DNA from: Phoronis australis
Taxonomy: Eukaryota; Animalia; Phoronida
DNA length: 64,000 bases
Direction: 5' to 3'
Assembly: GCA_002633005.1 (NCBI GenBank)
Contig: NMRA01000137.1
Coordinates: forward strand, 186,001 to 250,000
The position numbers and the translations under genes were made by a program. Positions 12,401 through 24,976 of this stretch are shown here, piece after piece; position 1 is the stretch's first letter; every line of letters starts with the position of its first letter. The notes below the pieces were generated by a model, which ran no database searches, had not been told where the DNA came from, and saw only the letters and a list, made by a program, of their open reading frames with translations.

Positions 12401-15400
12401 GCCATACTGTGACAGCCAGAGCACAGACAGAATGGGTGCACCAAGGTATTTCCACATAAACGCACGATATAAAACAAGGTGTTTATGCTGCATAGACTTA
12501 GGGAAATGAAGTCGCAAGTCATAACATCAACTGGAGATTGATTTTAATAGGTTGATTACAAGGCTTCACAGAACTTAGTGTGCCTCTTGCCTATTAGCTG
12601 ATAGCTCAGAGACTGCCAATTTTCACCAAGATTACCTTTGCCTTCTCAATTACATTAATTTCTCGACTTGGCTATTCAAAACCCGCAGGGGGTAATAAAC
12701 CATCAACGTTCTCAGCCAAGGCCATAAACTCTTTGTTAAGCAGTGTTTACTTAACAAGCCAACTTGAGCAGTTGCACTACAAAGAGCAGGGTTCACACAG
12801 AACTGCTTTCATTGACCTTGCATGTCAATTTTAAAAAGCCTGTTGTGTGTGATATACAACCCTGGGCAACATTCTAAGCCAATGTGTTAACTGGTTATTC
12901 CCTGCTAGCCCAAAATGTAAAAGAATGTTGCAATAGGTCAACCTTACTCAGATCTCTGTGTTTTTGTAGTCCACCTTACAGTCTTCCTCAGTCGCTGCAC
13001 ACACTGAACACCAGCAAAGAGTAGATGAATTGAATTCACAGATCAGCAGCCTGGATAGACAACTAACTGTGGAGCAGGTAGAAGCACTTCTTTATTGAGT
13101 CTGATTCAACACTTTAGTATGAAATGTAAGAATACCTCTTATGAATGAAGTGTCGCATAAAGTGCTATCTTACGTCTTTGGTGAATTTGACTGACCATGA
13201 GTACGGTGAAAATTTTCCAGTTTGCTCAAGGTCTGAGCTTGTACCAAACTTTAGAAAATAGGCAATGTTGACCATCCCAAGTTCAATAATTATGATCAAC
13301 GACAAACCATTTTCTTAATGTTACGTCATGCTATAGTTATGCATGAAAACGTTTCATTTGTGGCTATTTTTGAAGGTTTTGTGAACTGCCAACTAAATCT
13401 ATTTTAAGACTGTTGATACAAAATACAGGGTTTATCATGATAAATGGCCAAAATCTCCCACGTCCCAATGTTCAAAATCAAGAAAATTTATTTCAGGTTG
13501 AAGTTCAATGTCCCAAATTATAGAGACTCCCAAACTGGTGAATTTTTACCATTCGAGCTCAAAAGACAATGATTTACAATCCTGCTTGCTTTTCCAAAGA
13601 GCATGGTTGTAAACTTTTGGTTTAAGTAGCTTCAAGTTGGTTGTTTCTCTTGTAATGTAAGAAGAAGCATTTCCTAGAAATAGACAAAAGTGTTCTGTGG
13701 TTAAAGTTAAGAAGACTGACTGTATTTTTGGGGAATTTTCTGTTTGCAGTCAAGTGGTGATGCTAGTTTTGGGGTTATATTTATTCACCCTAGGTTTGCC
13801 TTTGTATCTGCTTCACCACCATATGAAGGATTTTAACGAAATTAGTGTTGAAAATTTGATTTACTCATCATTTTATGTACTTTAATTGGGAGTATTTACT
13901 TATTTGTACAGGAGAAAATTAAGGAGAAAGTTGAAGTTGAAACTATGCTGGGCACAAAGGTTTGTTTTTGTTACAGTACATTTGTTCAACATTCAACATA
14001 TTTGATGAATTTTAAAACTATTAGTACAAGCCAAACGTATTCAGACAATATGACCAAGAATTCCCTATCATGGTGGCTAGGTGGAAGCTAGAGTAGTCTC
14101 CCCTGATAACCTTGAATGTAGGTTAATTAACAGGGAAATTAGTAACGATGGCTGATCCATTGTGTAATTAGAATTTTGCCCCCTAATAGTTATTAGGGCT
14201 GTTCCAGCAAAATCTGTGTGGGAGGGGGGGAAGGCAACTGAAATAAAAATTTATGGGTGGTTGCGTTTGACTTAAATTCAAAATGGCTGGTGGTCGTACT
14301 TCAAAAAAATTAAAATTTACAGGTCGTTGTTTCATTGGGCCATAAATGTTTGATAGTGGGTAATTTTAGTAAATTTTATAAACAATCTGCACAGAATCAA
14401 AAACTGAAACAAAAATGCAACTTGCAAAGAGCTCCGACTTTTTCACTCCCTCCGATCTCCTCATCGGCATGCCCATAACACCATTTAACCACAGGTGCTC
14501 GAATTTCTCGATGGCTAATATATTAAATAACCATATATAAGAAACATGTTTTCTTAGTAATGAATGACGTTAGTGGTGATGGAGGAACAGATAAACTCAA
14601 GCGCCTGTGCAGTCAACCACAAGAACAAAAAAAAATTACCGGTGGTTGCATTTCAAACTTATAAAAAATTACGGGTGGTAGGCTGAAGAAATAAATGAAA
14701 AATATGGGTGGTGGGTGCGAAAAAAAGGTGCCTTCGCCCCCTCCCATACAGATTTTACTGGAACAGCCCTTAGCAATAGTTTTTACTGATAGCAGAATTA
14801 GCCGTCACGATGTGAAAACAACATTTTGTCTGGAGTGGTTACTTTTGTCTGGAGTGGTTACTTTTGTCTGGAGTGGTTACTTTTGTCTGGAGTGGTTACT
14901 TTTGTCTTGTACTGTATATTCTCGTGGATATCAAAAAACTAGTTTGTTTGTGGAGTAGTTGATTTTGTAACAACCTCTGGGTCAGTTTTATAGTTTCCAC
15001 TTTTGTGTGACTGCTATGTGGGACTTCTGCGAAAACCTAAAAAATACAACTGCAAAATCAATCATTTTCTATTCAAGTTTTGCTTTAACATCGATATTCG
15101 AATATTGTATAGCATGATGCAAGACGATAATGTATCAGTTGCGTTGATTGGTTTAAAAATGTTGGTTCTTATATTTTTAGTTGTATGTTTTTGTCAACTG
15201 ATTTGTTTAGATTGAAGATGTAGAAAAGCAGAGGCACAGTTTACAGGAAGTTATAAACGCGCGAGAAACGGAACTGAATGGTTTGAAGGAGAAGTTGAAA
15301 AATACGGAGGAAAAATTGACATCGCAGGTAAAAATGAGGGTAGATTTCTGTTAGTGCGGTAAAAAATCTTTAATTTTGAGGAAAATGATTTCTGAAATTG

Positions 15401-18400
15401 CCATATTTCTATTTTTCAGATTCTTACCACGTTGTTGAAAATGTTTAAAATTTTACCAAGTTTTGTTAGTTTGCTAATAGCTAGAAACCATGCTAGAGGA
15501 AAGGTAAATTTTCTTGTCGAAAAGTTATTTTTTGAGAAACTAGACAAAATGAATACAGTGACTTAGTGGTTTACAATGTAGGTGGGAGTAATGTTATTAC
15601 ATAACAAGTACTCCTGTCCTTTGTATGATCACCAACATGTGTTGCATTCTATAGACCTAAGACATTAGCCATGAACTTGCATTTATTTGAATGAGAAATT
15701 CTTGCTTTCATCAATCATCAAAGATTATAAGAAAAAATCACGGTTAGCAAAGATTGATCTGAAATTTTTGCTCTGCACTTTTGTCACATTTTGGGGACAG
15801 GAAGGTATTTTGTCGATTTTTCTTGAAAACCAATCTTTGCCAAATTGGTAGATAAGCCTGTTAGCTAAGACAGAAGAAGACCACCAGGTGGCGTTGAACG
15901 AGAAGGAAAATGAGGCTGCAAAGAGAGCTGAGAGTCACCAACAGGAAGTGAAGAACTATGAAAGCCAGCTTGTCAAGTTACAGCACCAGTTTAAAGTGAG
16001 TGGGAACTGTGACTGTGTACTGTTAGTAGTTATTGGTAATGGACATATAGGATACCATGGCGATGTTTACGTGGGTTGCCATGGAGTAAATGCTTCAAGA
16101 CACAAAAGCGTTAATTCAAAGCAAGACTTGCCCTTTTAGACTTAGTAATATTATATGTTAATTGGTAGTAAGAATGTGGGTCAACTTAAAGATGTTCCTT
16201 TGTTAAGTCTTGTAGCAGTGAGGTCAAGGTGAAATGAATACCTTCATACTGGAATAATACCTGTTATCCATTAGTACATCTGACAGCAAGGCCAATATTT
16301 TTCTGTTGTAAAGAAGATTCGAAGTCAGTGGTGTTTTTGCAATAAAATTATGTACATTGCGAACAATGAAAAGTAGAATAAATGACATAGTATACCGACT
16401 CTTCCTACCCATTTGAGGGGAGTGAGGTTAGGGTGGGTGAAATTTAAGCATACTGTAAGGATGACCTTATTGTCTCGCTGTTGTGCACATTTTGTAAATT
16501 CTAAAGTGTTTAAAGATGACACTCTTTGTGTGACTATGAAGTTGTAGCAAAAGTTTTTGACTACACATGATGTAACAACAAATGACTATCACAAACATTT
16601 TAAGTCTGGTCTGCACTCCACCCATTGGTGACATCAGGTGACCTAATGAAGTCATGTGATGTGGCCAACAGGTGGCGTGCAGACCAGACTTGTGATCTAT
16701 ATTTGCAAGCCTGTTCAAGATTTACGTATGACTATGTTACGAATTTGCTTAGTTGTGCCATGAATGCTAACTTTGATTTCGAAAATTCAGGAGGAAAATG
16801 ACAAAGTGAACAAGATAACTGTTGATTTGAGGGAAACTACCAGCAAGTTATCGGAATTGGAGAAGACGTACCAGGAAGCGGATGGCCAGCTTCAGAAACT
16901 TTTGGAGTCGGAATCGTCGCTGAACACTTCCCTCAATGAATCTATGCAGGAAAAGTCAGCTCTAAGCCAAACAGTGCAGGAACTGACAAACAGGGTGGTC
17001 GCACTGACATCGAGTGAGAGCAAGCTATCTCAAGAAAGGGTTAGAATTTTTAAAACTTTTTACTTTTAATTTTTTAGAATTGATCATCGATAAAATAACA
17101 CTTGCTTCGTACTCAAATATCCTACATATAGACGCGTTTGCCTACATTCTGCAATTAGGCATAGCTTCCCAATTAGCCGCATACAGTCAATTCCGGGGTA
17201 AACAGTAAAGGAAATTCGAGGATTTTGGACTTTAACATTGGAAATGTAGGATTAAGGTTAAACACTATGAATAATGCACTATCAACATTGTATATATTTG
17301 TCCAACATTAGGATTGAATGAATAACTGCTTACTGGCTGACCTAACAGTATTGTTTTTATCATCTTGTATCACATTCTTGTTGTCTGGGAATCACTACCT
17401 ACCACCACTAGTCCAAAAAGACCTTATCAAGTGGCAGTAAGCATACAAATGTACAACTATTATATGGACTTTCACCTCAAAATGTAGTTTCTGGCCGATA
17501 CAGCTCATACTTGATAGGCTTTACGAGGTGTTTGTAAGATTTGTTTTTTTGTTCTTTGTATCCATCATGAAGCTGTTGTCGCACTGAATCATTATAGATT
17601 TTGATTCTGTTAATTAAACCTGAAAGGGTCGTCAAGTCTTCCTGCAGTCAAAAGCGTAAAATCTGTGGCGATCAAATGATGCATGCACCTAAAAGTCCTA
17701 AGCACAATTCAAGATTAATGGAAGCGATTCATCTTTGAGCCTTAACCAGGGCGTGGAATTTTCCTCTTATAAGAGGATTTACTCGTTTTGGTTTTGATTT
17801 CCTCTTATTTGATATCCAGTTTCCTTTTTTCCGTCTAGTTTTTATAATTATTTTGACTTTATTCATGCAAAAGCATTTATTTCAGTTAAATTTCATAACA
17901 CAAAAATATTTCTATCGTACAAACTTAATACATATTTGTTGAAGCATACCTCACTTGGAAAACTTTTCCTCTGGTTTTGTCATGAATCATTCCAAGCCCT
18001 GCTAAACCTAAAATCGACTCCCGCTCCATTGGTGTCACATGGTACAGTTATCAAGTGTGTTACTTTCAGTCGGAGCTGACGACAGAAGTGGCCAGCCTGA
18101 AGACGGCCAACACTGAACTTACAGATGTCAGCACTTCACTAGAAGCGGAACTAACAACTGTAAAGGCAGAGGCGGAAACTGAAAGGCAAAAGCATATCCA
18201 GGTCAGATGTTGTTTGCTGGTTCAATAATTTTCAATAAAAAGGGAAGGGTTTTGCTCACTAAAAAAACAACAAAATTTAGGAGCGTATGTTTCTAGCTAA
18301 TTCTCTAAAAATGATATTTTTGTGGTATAAGAGTTTTAACCAATGAAACTTATCTGAAGCTCGATTGAACGGAATTCCAATGAGTCTTTCAAAATTATAG

Positions 18401-21400
18401 TTGTATTACAAATAACTATAAGTTGTTGGCGCGTGTGAAATTCTAGATTTATTGTATCGTCCCACGAAGTTTTTTCCATTTGAGCATCATATTGTTTTCG
18501 TTGTCAGGAGATGACTACATTACAAGATGCCAAACAGCTGCTAATTACTCAGAAGTTGGAACTTCAGTCTGAGATATCAACACTGAACAAACAGGTTGAT
18601 AAGGTAAGCTTCCTGCTATAAGTTACTGCTTGTACACCCTCCGAATTTTGTACATCAAGTGCGCAGTCACTAGAATGTATTTGGTATTGAGGATACTAGA
18701 TTTTAGACAATAAGAAAGGAACGTAGTTATGAGTCTTGAGATCAGGGCCAGGGTGTAACCTCTGTACTTGGACGTCAGCTAGAAAATTGTCACATATTGC
18801 GCTTTGAGTAAATTTGTGACATTGTGTGCAAATCTTTTAGCGTGATTGGTTAAATTTCGAGTCTTGAGTCGAGCCTGAGTTTGGTGATTTGATCCAGCAC
18901 CTGTACTCTGATATTGCATTATTCTACCAACAGAACTGGTTATGAACATTCAAACCATTAAGACCAAGAAATTCATCTTATCAATTCTTCACATGGATGA
19001 ATAATGGTGTCACTCATCAAGCGTTTTCTAGACACAGTTCATTAATGTTTTATGATTAGCAACAAGCTGTGTATACGTCCTTTAAATTTTTACAGTACTC
19101 TGTGGTTCTGTTTCATAAAAAGTGACTAAGAGACTCAAGTTAGAAAATTTTTCTTACGCTCCTCACAAATATTTCTCAAAAAAAATAAATCTCACTTAAA
19201 CAAAAGTGCAATCTCTGAGAATATACAGTTAGTTACTATCTGATAATATCTACATGCTAGTTTTTGACACCGATGTGCTCATAATCACTTGAGTATACCT
19301 TTGCTCTTCAATTGTGAAGTTGGAGCGAAAAACCAAATTTCTGTCTTAAGTCCTTAACCATTTTCATGAAACAGACCCCTAATGTCTGAAGACTGGAGCC
19401 AACTTTAATAACGACTCTTTCCATCAGTACATCAGCAAGGTGAATTATTACATCAATGCTGATGTCTTGCTAACTGCCACAGGATGTCGTATTGTTTTAT
19501 TTATCTCAGGTGACTGAAGAAAAAGAGGAGAGTGAAGAAGTTTCCCGCGGTGTACAGATGATGTTGAGAGAAGAGAACTCTGTGTTACAGAGCAAACTCG
19601 TAGGTTGCCCTTTTAGCCATGACACTGGCATACATTTTAGATTTCACAAATTAGTGTGTTACGGAGAATGGCTTGTGTCAGTGTGACATTCTGTGACATT
19701 TTGAGAATTCTGTGACAAAATGTGAGCCAAGTAGTTAGCGTTAGTGTTTTGTTCGGCTTAATTTTTTATGTTGGGTCAAGTGGTTGTTCCTTTTACACAA
19801 ATTGTAAAATTATGGAATTCATCGTGATCACTGACAAATATTGTGCCGCACGTATTTGACAAAAGCACAGTTGACTTGACTCGTACATGCAAAAGCTCCA
19901 AAAAATAACAAATGAGACTTCCCTGTGACATTTTGAAAATTTTGAGATGTGACAAATTGTGACTTGCCATGTGATCTTACATTGTGATCGTTTAAAGATC
20001 ACTTCTTTATATCTTTCCACTTCACAAGTCCCAAATCATCTGTACTGAAAACTAAAAGATAATTTGTTTACTGCAAATTTCAGTTACAACAATCTTTTTA
20101 GAAAAATCCTGGAAGGGCTTGTTTTAATGCTGTTTGACTGCTGCATGTAACAATTCAACAGATTTTAGCACCCTTTCGTGTACTGACTAGCTATTCATTT
20201 CCTTTCAGTCTACCGAGACGGAAGCAAAAGTGGCTCTCGAGAAACAGGTGGATGAAAGTAATGCCCGCTATGAGATGCAGCTGACTGCTCTAAATGAGAA
20301 CTTGACCACTCTGAGGAGTGACCTGATGACTGCACAAAGCTCAGTGTCAGAGCTGACCAAAAGCAACGATACACTAGCTGGCGAGAAATTAGGTGGGGCC
20401 ATAGATTTGCAGAGTGTATATTTGGGGGGGTGGGGTATAGATTGGTGGGCAGGGTATAGACTGGAGGGCGGGACATATATTAGTAGGCAGGATATATATT
20501 GGTGGGTGGGGCTTATGAATTGATAGGCGGAGCATGGTGGGCATGGCATAGATTTGTGGGTCGAATAGTAAAGTAGCACTACGAGGATACTGACAAGAAA
20601 CTAATTAAAGAGGGCAAGGTGATTGTGGTTTGATTTCTGGTATTTTGTATTTTCTTTTGTGTAGTTGATTAATTGTTCTTCTGGTTGAAATTATTTTCAG
20701 AGTTGGAAGCCAAACTTTCAGTGAATAATGATGAAAGACGAGTACTGCTAGAAAGGTATGGTTGTACCTGCCTCAACCTCATGCATACACATTCAGCCGA
20801 TGTTTCAATTTTCAGTTTTAGGAAAATTCAATGTTAGTTTAAATTTCATGGGTAGAATGCATGTACATAGCTAGCACCATTACATAGTATAGGGGATAAA
20901 GTAGTTACCTATCGGCGACCTGTTTGCTTTTGCAGACGTTGCTTTCAGGCCCGTCCTGTGCCCTTTGTCGGGGTACTGGTTGGAATCTTTGTATGATATG
21001 GCCACCTATGGGTGGTACTTGGCAGTTGTCAAACACCACCTGGTGGCTGTTACTTGCAAGGAGGCACTGGTAAATAGCTGGTAATTCATATCCATTGTCT
21101 CTGTTCAACTTTGGTTGTTTAATGCTCATGTTAATGCTCATGGTCGAGATCATGTGATACAAGAAATCCTGCCAGTACCCCAATGAAGGGGGGGGGGAAG
21201 CCTGAAAGCTAGGTGCACAAAAATAAACAGGTCGCGTATAGTTAACTAACTTATTCCTATTAAATTTCATAGTTTTGAATTTTAGATAATGTCCTTAATT
21301 GAAGAATTTTTCTAAACCATTACTTTCCTTTCCCCTCAAAACAGAGAACATGGTCTCTTTACAATAAAGTTTTGAGCTGCCCCGTTGGAAAATGTTTGGC

Positions 21401-23525
21401 TTCAAACGTGAGGTCTACCTCTCTTGGCTCTATGTCGATTTGTATTCCGATTGAAACATAGTAATTTCATCTGACATCAAGATTCTGATGCAGAATTTTG
21501 ATCTTGATGGATATACTGCTGCCTTTTGGCCACTTTTCATTCCTGTTGGCTACTGCCATACTGCTGTTCAACTGCCTTTTCTGGGCTGTTTTGGATGGGT
21601 CTCCCATCTCATGCATTTTTGCGACAACTCCCCCTTTTGTGGGTAATGGTTTTGTGTATACATTGTTTACATAAACTCCCAAAGGATTAGAAATAAGAAA
21701 AGTATTGCGTTGCTATAATTTCAGGTGTTTGATGAGTGAAAATGAATGCAAGAAACTGCAAGAGAGGACAGCGGAGCTTCGGCAAAAGTTGGAGAACTCA
21801 CAGTCGGCACTACATGAGTTGGGTAGAGAGAATCAGACATTACAGGTACAAGAATGAGTGACAACTGGGGGCAACCACAACAATTTAATAGAGTAGTAGG
21901 TTGTACAGGGCTTGAAATATTCCTCTTTTAAGAGGATTTCCTCTCTTTTGGTTTCAATTTTCTCGTATTTGATTCACAGTTTCCTCTTTATTGTCTCTTT
22001 TTTATCATTATGTTGACTTCATATTTCTATCACACAAGCCTATTAATTTGTGGAACGATACCTGGAAAATTTTCCTGCTTTTTTTGTCGCTGGTCATTCC
22101 AAGCCCTGGTCGGAGGGAGAGAGACATACGTAGAAAGTTAGGGAGCGGGGAAGTGTCACTTTTCATGGGGCTGGTGTCTGAATGAATGACAGAAGGAATA
22201 GCAGTGGTGAAAAGGCTGTTATGTATACCTACTGAATTCAAAATGTCTGAAACTACTGTAATTAGATTACGGTGTGTCTCATGTTGATATTGCTTTCATG
22301 GCAATTTACTGACCAGTTCTCGTGAAGTCTATTAAGAGTTCTTGTGGTCTTGTCGTAAGTCTTGACCATTTAGTGTTTGGAAACACCAGTTGGATCTTTT
22401 TTGTATGCTGCTTAATTTTTAATTCTTAAAAGTGAATTTTCCCTGTTAAAGCGGTTAAGAAACGAAATTCAAATTAGGACTTTTACTCTGATAAAATCGA
22501 GCTTGTAATATTCGTTACCATGATAGCATTCGATTTCTATCACCAATTCAAGTCACCGCATTGCCGCATTTGCATACATTGCTGCATTTGCATACATCGC
22601 CGCATTTGCATACATTGCTGTATTTGGATACATTGCTGTATTTCCATACATTGCACTATTTGCAATTTTAGGGTTGGCCAATTCAATTAAAGTATGATGC
22701 GTTTTCTTGAGTCGTCGATGGATTTTATATTCTTGTTGGTAACACAGTAGGAGTTCTAGCAACGGAAGGGAGTAAAAGGCATGATTCACATTTTTGTTTA
22801 TAACCAGCTAAACATTTCAAAAACAGCTTCAAGTAGTGCTGGTTTCCATCACATTATGATGTATATTTTCATAATTTATTAAGTGGGAAATCATGTCATT
22901 GATACACAGAAGTATTGAATTCTAGTTGCTCTCTGTTTTCTATCAGATTCAAAACCAAAAGACAGCTACTCGAAAGTGGACCAAGGACGATGATGTCACA
23001 GCTTGCCAAGCTTGCTTAAAGCCATTCTCTGTCACACTAAGGAAGGTGAGATACGGGGGATGGATCATTTTAGTCATACATTTTATGATCTAGTGCTGTT
23101 GAAATCACAAAATGCAAATTTTGACTTTTAAAAAAAGTAAGTTGTAAAAATTCTCCTTGTTAAGAATGTTGCTAAATGAATATTGGCACTATGAAATACC
23201 TGCATCATATTCAACATTGAGAAGATATTTTTCATATATTAAAATTGATAAAGTCTGAAACTAGATAAATTTGTTTTGAAACTTATGTGACTCCATTCAT
23301 TCATTCATCATAATCATCTTGCCTTTTTGGCTTCTTCAACTTGGTGAAGATTTTGAATATTACATAAATTAATTTCTGTGGCTAATTCTTTTCCCACAGC
23401 ATCACTGCCGTAACTGTGGTAATATCTTCTGTAATGATTGTTCCAACAAGAAGGCTCCGCTGGCGGTGTCCAAGACTCCCGTCCGTGTGTGCGACACGTG
23501 CTTCGGTGACCTGGCAAAGAATTAG
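3347..23525 (+). CDS. EEA1: Early endosome antigen 1, 3' portion (19 coding exons; 5' end lies upstream of window)
   Basis: Exons 3347-3475, 5026-5139, 9378-9506, 10070-10192, 10984-11082, 12037-12177, 12970-13077, 13912-13959, 15211-15327, 15852-15995, 16791-17039, 18070-18201, 18508-18603, 19510-19599, 20209-20392, 20701-20755, 21725-21845, 22947-23045, 23400-23525. All AG/GT and phase-consistent; 2304 nt open to TAG. Long coiled coil containing [38 protein letters not shown] and [11 protein letters not shown], which match the EEA1 C-terminus as I recall it, followed by FYVE. Confidence 0.95.
3939..4505. repeat. 27-bp minisatellite, about 21 copies
   Basis: Variants of gatatcagagcagaccaagtggtatgt. 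Confidence 0.95.
5026..5139 (+). CDS. EEA1: EEA1 coiled-coil exon
   Basis: ttttag|ACT...AAG|gtatag, [11 protein letters not shown]...[10 protein letters not shown]. Confidence 0.88.
5330..6020. repeat. Degenerate tandem units related to the HINE-type repeat
   Basis: Recurring atttcaatgaaacttgacac...gatgtcaatg...tagtgg units. Confidence 0.55.
9378..9506 (+). CDS. EEA1: EEA1 coiled-coil exon
   Basis: tttcag|GCT...ACG|gtgagt, 43 codons. Confidence 0.88.
9523..9613. repeat. About 43-bp direct duplication in intron
   Basis: tcaagctttctgagtgtgtagaagctgttgaaaaagatagtgt x2. Confidence 0.9.
10070..10192 (+). CDS. EEA1: EEA1 coiled-coil exon
   Basis: tatag|GCA...AAA|gtaagg, 41 codons. Confidence 0.88.
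10220..10382. mobile_element. MITE, CAG(G/T)GGCGGAT-type TIR, 5-bp TSD
   Basis: TSD ttata/ttata; sister copy at 35127-35279. Confidence 0.7.
10984..11082 (+). CDS. EEA1: EEA1 coiled-coil exon
   Basis: ttgcag|ACT...CAG|gtaatt, 33 codons. Confidence 0.88.
12037..12177 (+). CDS. EEA1: EEA1 coiled-coil exon
   Basis: tttcag|CTT...AAG|gtatt, 47 codons. Confidence 0.88.
12970..13077 (+). CDS. EEA1: EEA1 coiled-coil exon
   Basis: ttgtag|TCC...CAG|gtaga, 36 codons. Confidence 0.85.
13912..13959 (+). CDS. EEA1: EEA1 small exon
   Basis: gtacag|GAG...AAG|gtttgt, [16 protein letters not shown]. Confidence 0.8.
14196..14769. mobile_element. PIF/Harbinger (Tourist-like) MITE
   Basis: About 30-bp TIR GGGCTGTTCCAGYAAAATCTGTRTGGGAGGGG; TTA TSD on both sides. 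Confidence 0.8.
14824..14907. repeat. 19-bp tandem repeat, about 4.4 copies
   Basis: ttttgtctggagtggttac. Confidence 0.9.
15211..15327 (+). CDS. EEA1: EEA1 coiled-coil exon
   Basis: gtttag|ATT...CAG|gtaaa, 39 codons. Confidence 0.88.
15852..15995 (+). CDS. EEA1: EEA1 coiled-coil exon
   Basis: ggtag|ATA...AAA|gtgag, 48 codons; acceptor weaker than the others. Confidence 0.82.
16791..17039 (+). CDS. EEA1: EEA1 coiled-coil exon
   Basis: ttcag|GAG...AGG|gttag, 83 codons. Confidence 0.88.
17747..18001. mobile_element. MITE with CAGGGCTTGGAA TIR
   Basis: Related copies at 21906-22108 and a fragment near 2662-2830. Confidence 0.7.
18070..18201 (+). CDS. EEA1: EEA1 coiled-coil exon
   Basis: tttcag|TCG...CAG|gtcag, 44 codons. 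Confidence 0.88.
18508..18603 (+). CDS. EEA1: EEA1 exon ([16 protein letters not shown])
   Basis: tgtcag|GAG...AAG|gtaag; motif conserved in EEA1. Confidence 0.93.
19102..19379. mobile_element. MITE with GGGGTCTGTTTCATGAAAA-type TIR
   Basis: Imperfect terminal inverted repeats. Confidence 0.55.
19510..19599 (+). CDS. EEA1: EEA1 coiled-coil exon
   Basis: tctcag|GTG...CTC|gtagg, 30 codons. Confidence 0.85.
20209..20392 (+). CDS. EEA1: EEA1 exon ([10 protein letters not shown])
   Basis: tttcag|TCT...TTA G|gtggg, phase 0 to 1. Confidence 0.92.
20701..20755 (+). CDS. EEA1: EEA1 exon ([17 protein letters not shown])
   Basis: tttcag|AG...AG|gtatg, phase 1 to 2. Confidence 0.92.
20888..21260 (-). 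mobile_element. Penelope-like element fragment with inverted terminal arms
   Basis: Minus frame [19 protein letters not shown] resembles the GIY-YIG C-terminal LNRDxG motif; 20888-20950 is a diverged inverted copy of 21200-21260. Confidence 0.6.
21725..21845 (+). CDS. EEA1: EEA1 exon ([10 protein letters not shown])
   Basis: tttcag|G TGT...CAG|gtaca, phase 2 to 0. Confidence 0.93.
21906..22108. mobile_element. MITE, same family as 17747-18001
   Basis: cagggcttgaaat...ttccaagccctg; shared ttcctctt internal motifs. Confidence 0.7.
22557..22663. repeat. 18-bp tandem repeat, about 6 copies
   Basis: Variants of gcatttgcatacattgc(c/t). Confidence 0.85.
22947..23045 (+). CDS. EEA1: EEA1 FYVE domain, first half
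   Basis: [25 protein letters not shown] contains the WxxD motif and first CxxC. Confidence 0.95.
23400..23525 (+). CDS. EEA1: EEA1 last coding exon, FYVE second half
   Basis: [15 protein letters not shown]...[15 protein letters not shown]; R(R/K)HHCR and RVC motifs. Confidence 0.96.
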   Translation, partial: HHCRNCGNIFCNDCSNKKAPLAVSKTPVRVCDTCFGDLAKN

Positions 23526-24970
23526 CGGCAGATTGCTAACACTGTGTAGATATCTGAACTCCATTGTTTAGTGGATAAAACAGTAGAGACAGATTATTTT
23601 AAGTTTCTTTGGAAACTCTTAATGTCATGATGGACTACCTGGCTCTTCATATTGGATGATCTGTGAATCTGTACTTGGGGATGTACTGGCCGTTCTAGGA
23701 TGACATATGGTGGGAGGGGGGCAACTACAATTTTCAAAGGAAAAACATCCATGTAAGTCCTACAACAACACGCGGATGACATTTTTTTGCCATGTCTGTC
23801 GGCTGTTGGCTCCTAAATCTGCCTTTGGACTCCCGATTCCAGCTCTGTGTATCCATGGTCACTTAGTACTATATTTGTCACCTTCAAATACAGGTGAAGT
23901 CAATGCATAAACGCATGGTTGCATGAAGTGACCTCGTGTACATCTGCTCTTGTGATGTAAGTGTTATCTTTCCTAAGTGTTAGATTTGTAAAGAAACCAC
24001 TTCGCCAAACTGCTGCCATCTTTATTATAAACTTGTTAGGGTACTATTAGAATTTAATATAAACAGACTTTGGTGTAACTGTTGAACTCAAGCTTGCTTT
24101 GTACTGATGCGTCTAGTGTACGAGATCAGATGTTTTGTAGAAAATATACTGATTGGCAAGGATTATTTTTGCGTCAATACATAAATGATTTAGCTGTGTA
24201 ACTCTTGTAAAATGTGCCATGGAGATAATGTTATTTAGAAGGGAAAGTTACCATTTGTATATTATGAGGTCTGTTATTTATACTTGTGAATTATTTTGTC
24301 GGTACCTACTGAAATTGTAAATATGAGTTGAAGCATTATTTTTACCGTAGCATCTTAAAGTCTATACATAAATTTTGTTACATCTCCTGTTCAGATGGGC
24401 ACTGAGGCTAAGGTTCTCACTTTGGAATTGAAAGGGGGGGGGGGGTGAGGCAACAAGAAGAGCAAACTTTGAGCATCCCTCCCATATGTCACAAATATCA
24501 ACCCCTCCCAGTTTATGTTTCTAGTTCTTCATCAAATTACCTATCTTACCTGCAAGTTGAGTTTTTTCTCTGCCAATTAGTAACTATTGGGATACCCAAC
24601 ACTGAACCCCACAGCTTTGCCGCTGCACCTGTGTTTAGCTAAGTAGGTTGCGTCTTGATTGTTACTGGTCTTGCCAGAAACTGCATTTACCTCTTGGGGA
24701 AATAATACAGAACATTAATTATAAGCAATCCTATTTCTCATAATATACTGTCGTAGTTTTTTGAAGTGACAGTTTGCTTAAAGTATCATTGTAGAGACTC
24801 GTGGTGTTCATTTGGCATCTTGCTGTAATTTACATGTACAACGAAACTCGCATAAGTCGGATATGCATAAGTGAGATTTTCGCTTAACAATGAGAAAGAT
24901 CCACAAGTTTGTGAACACTTACTGGGATAAAATCTTGGTCGAGTTGATTTCATAAGCTGTGGTTGTGAAT

Positions 24971-24976
24971 ATTAAA
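24971..24976 (+). promoter_or_regulatory. Possible EEA1 polyadenylation signal (ATTAAA)
   Basis: ATTAAA followed about 25 nt later by a GT/T-rich tract. Confidence 0.3.
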
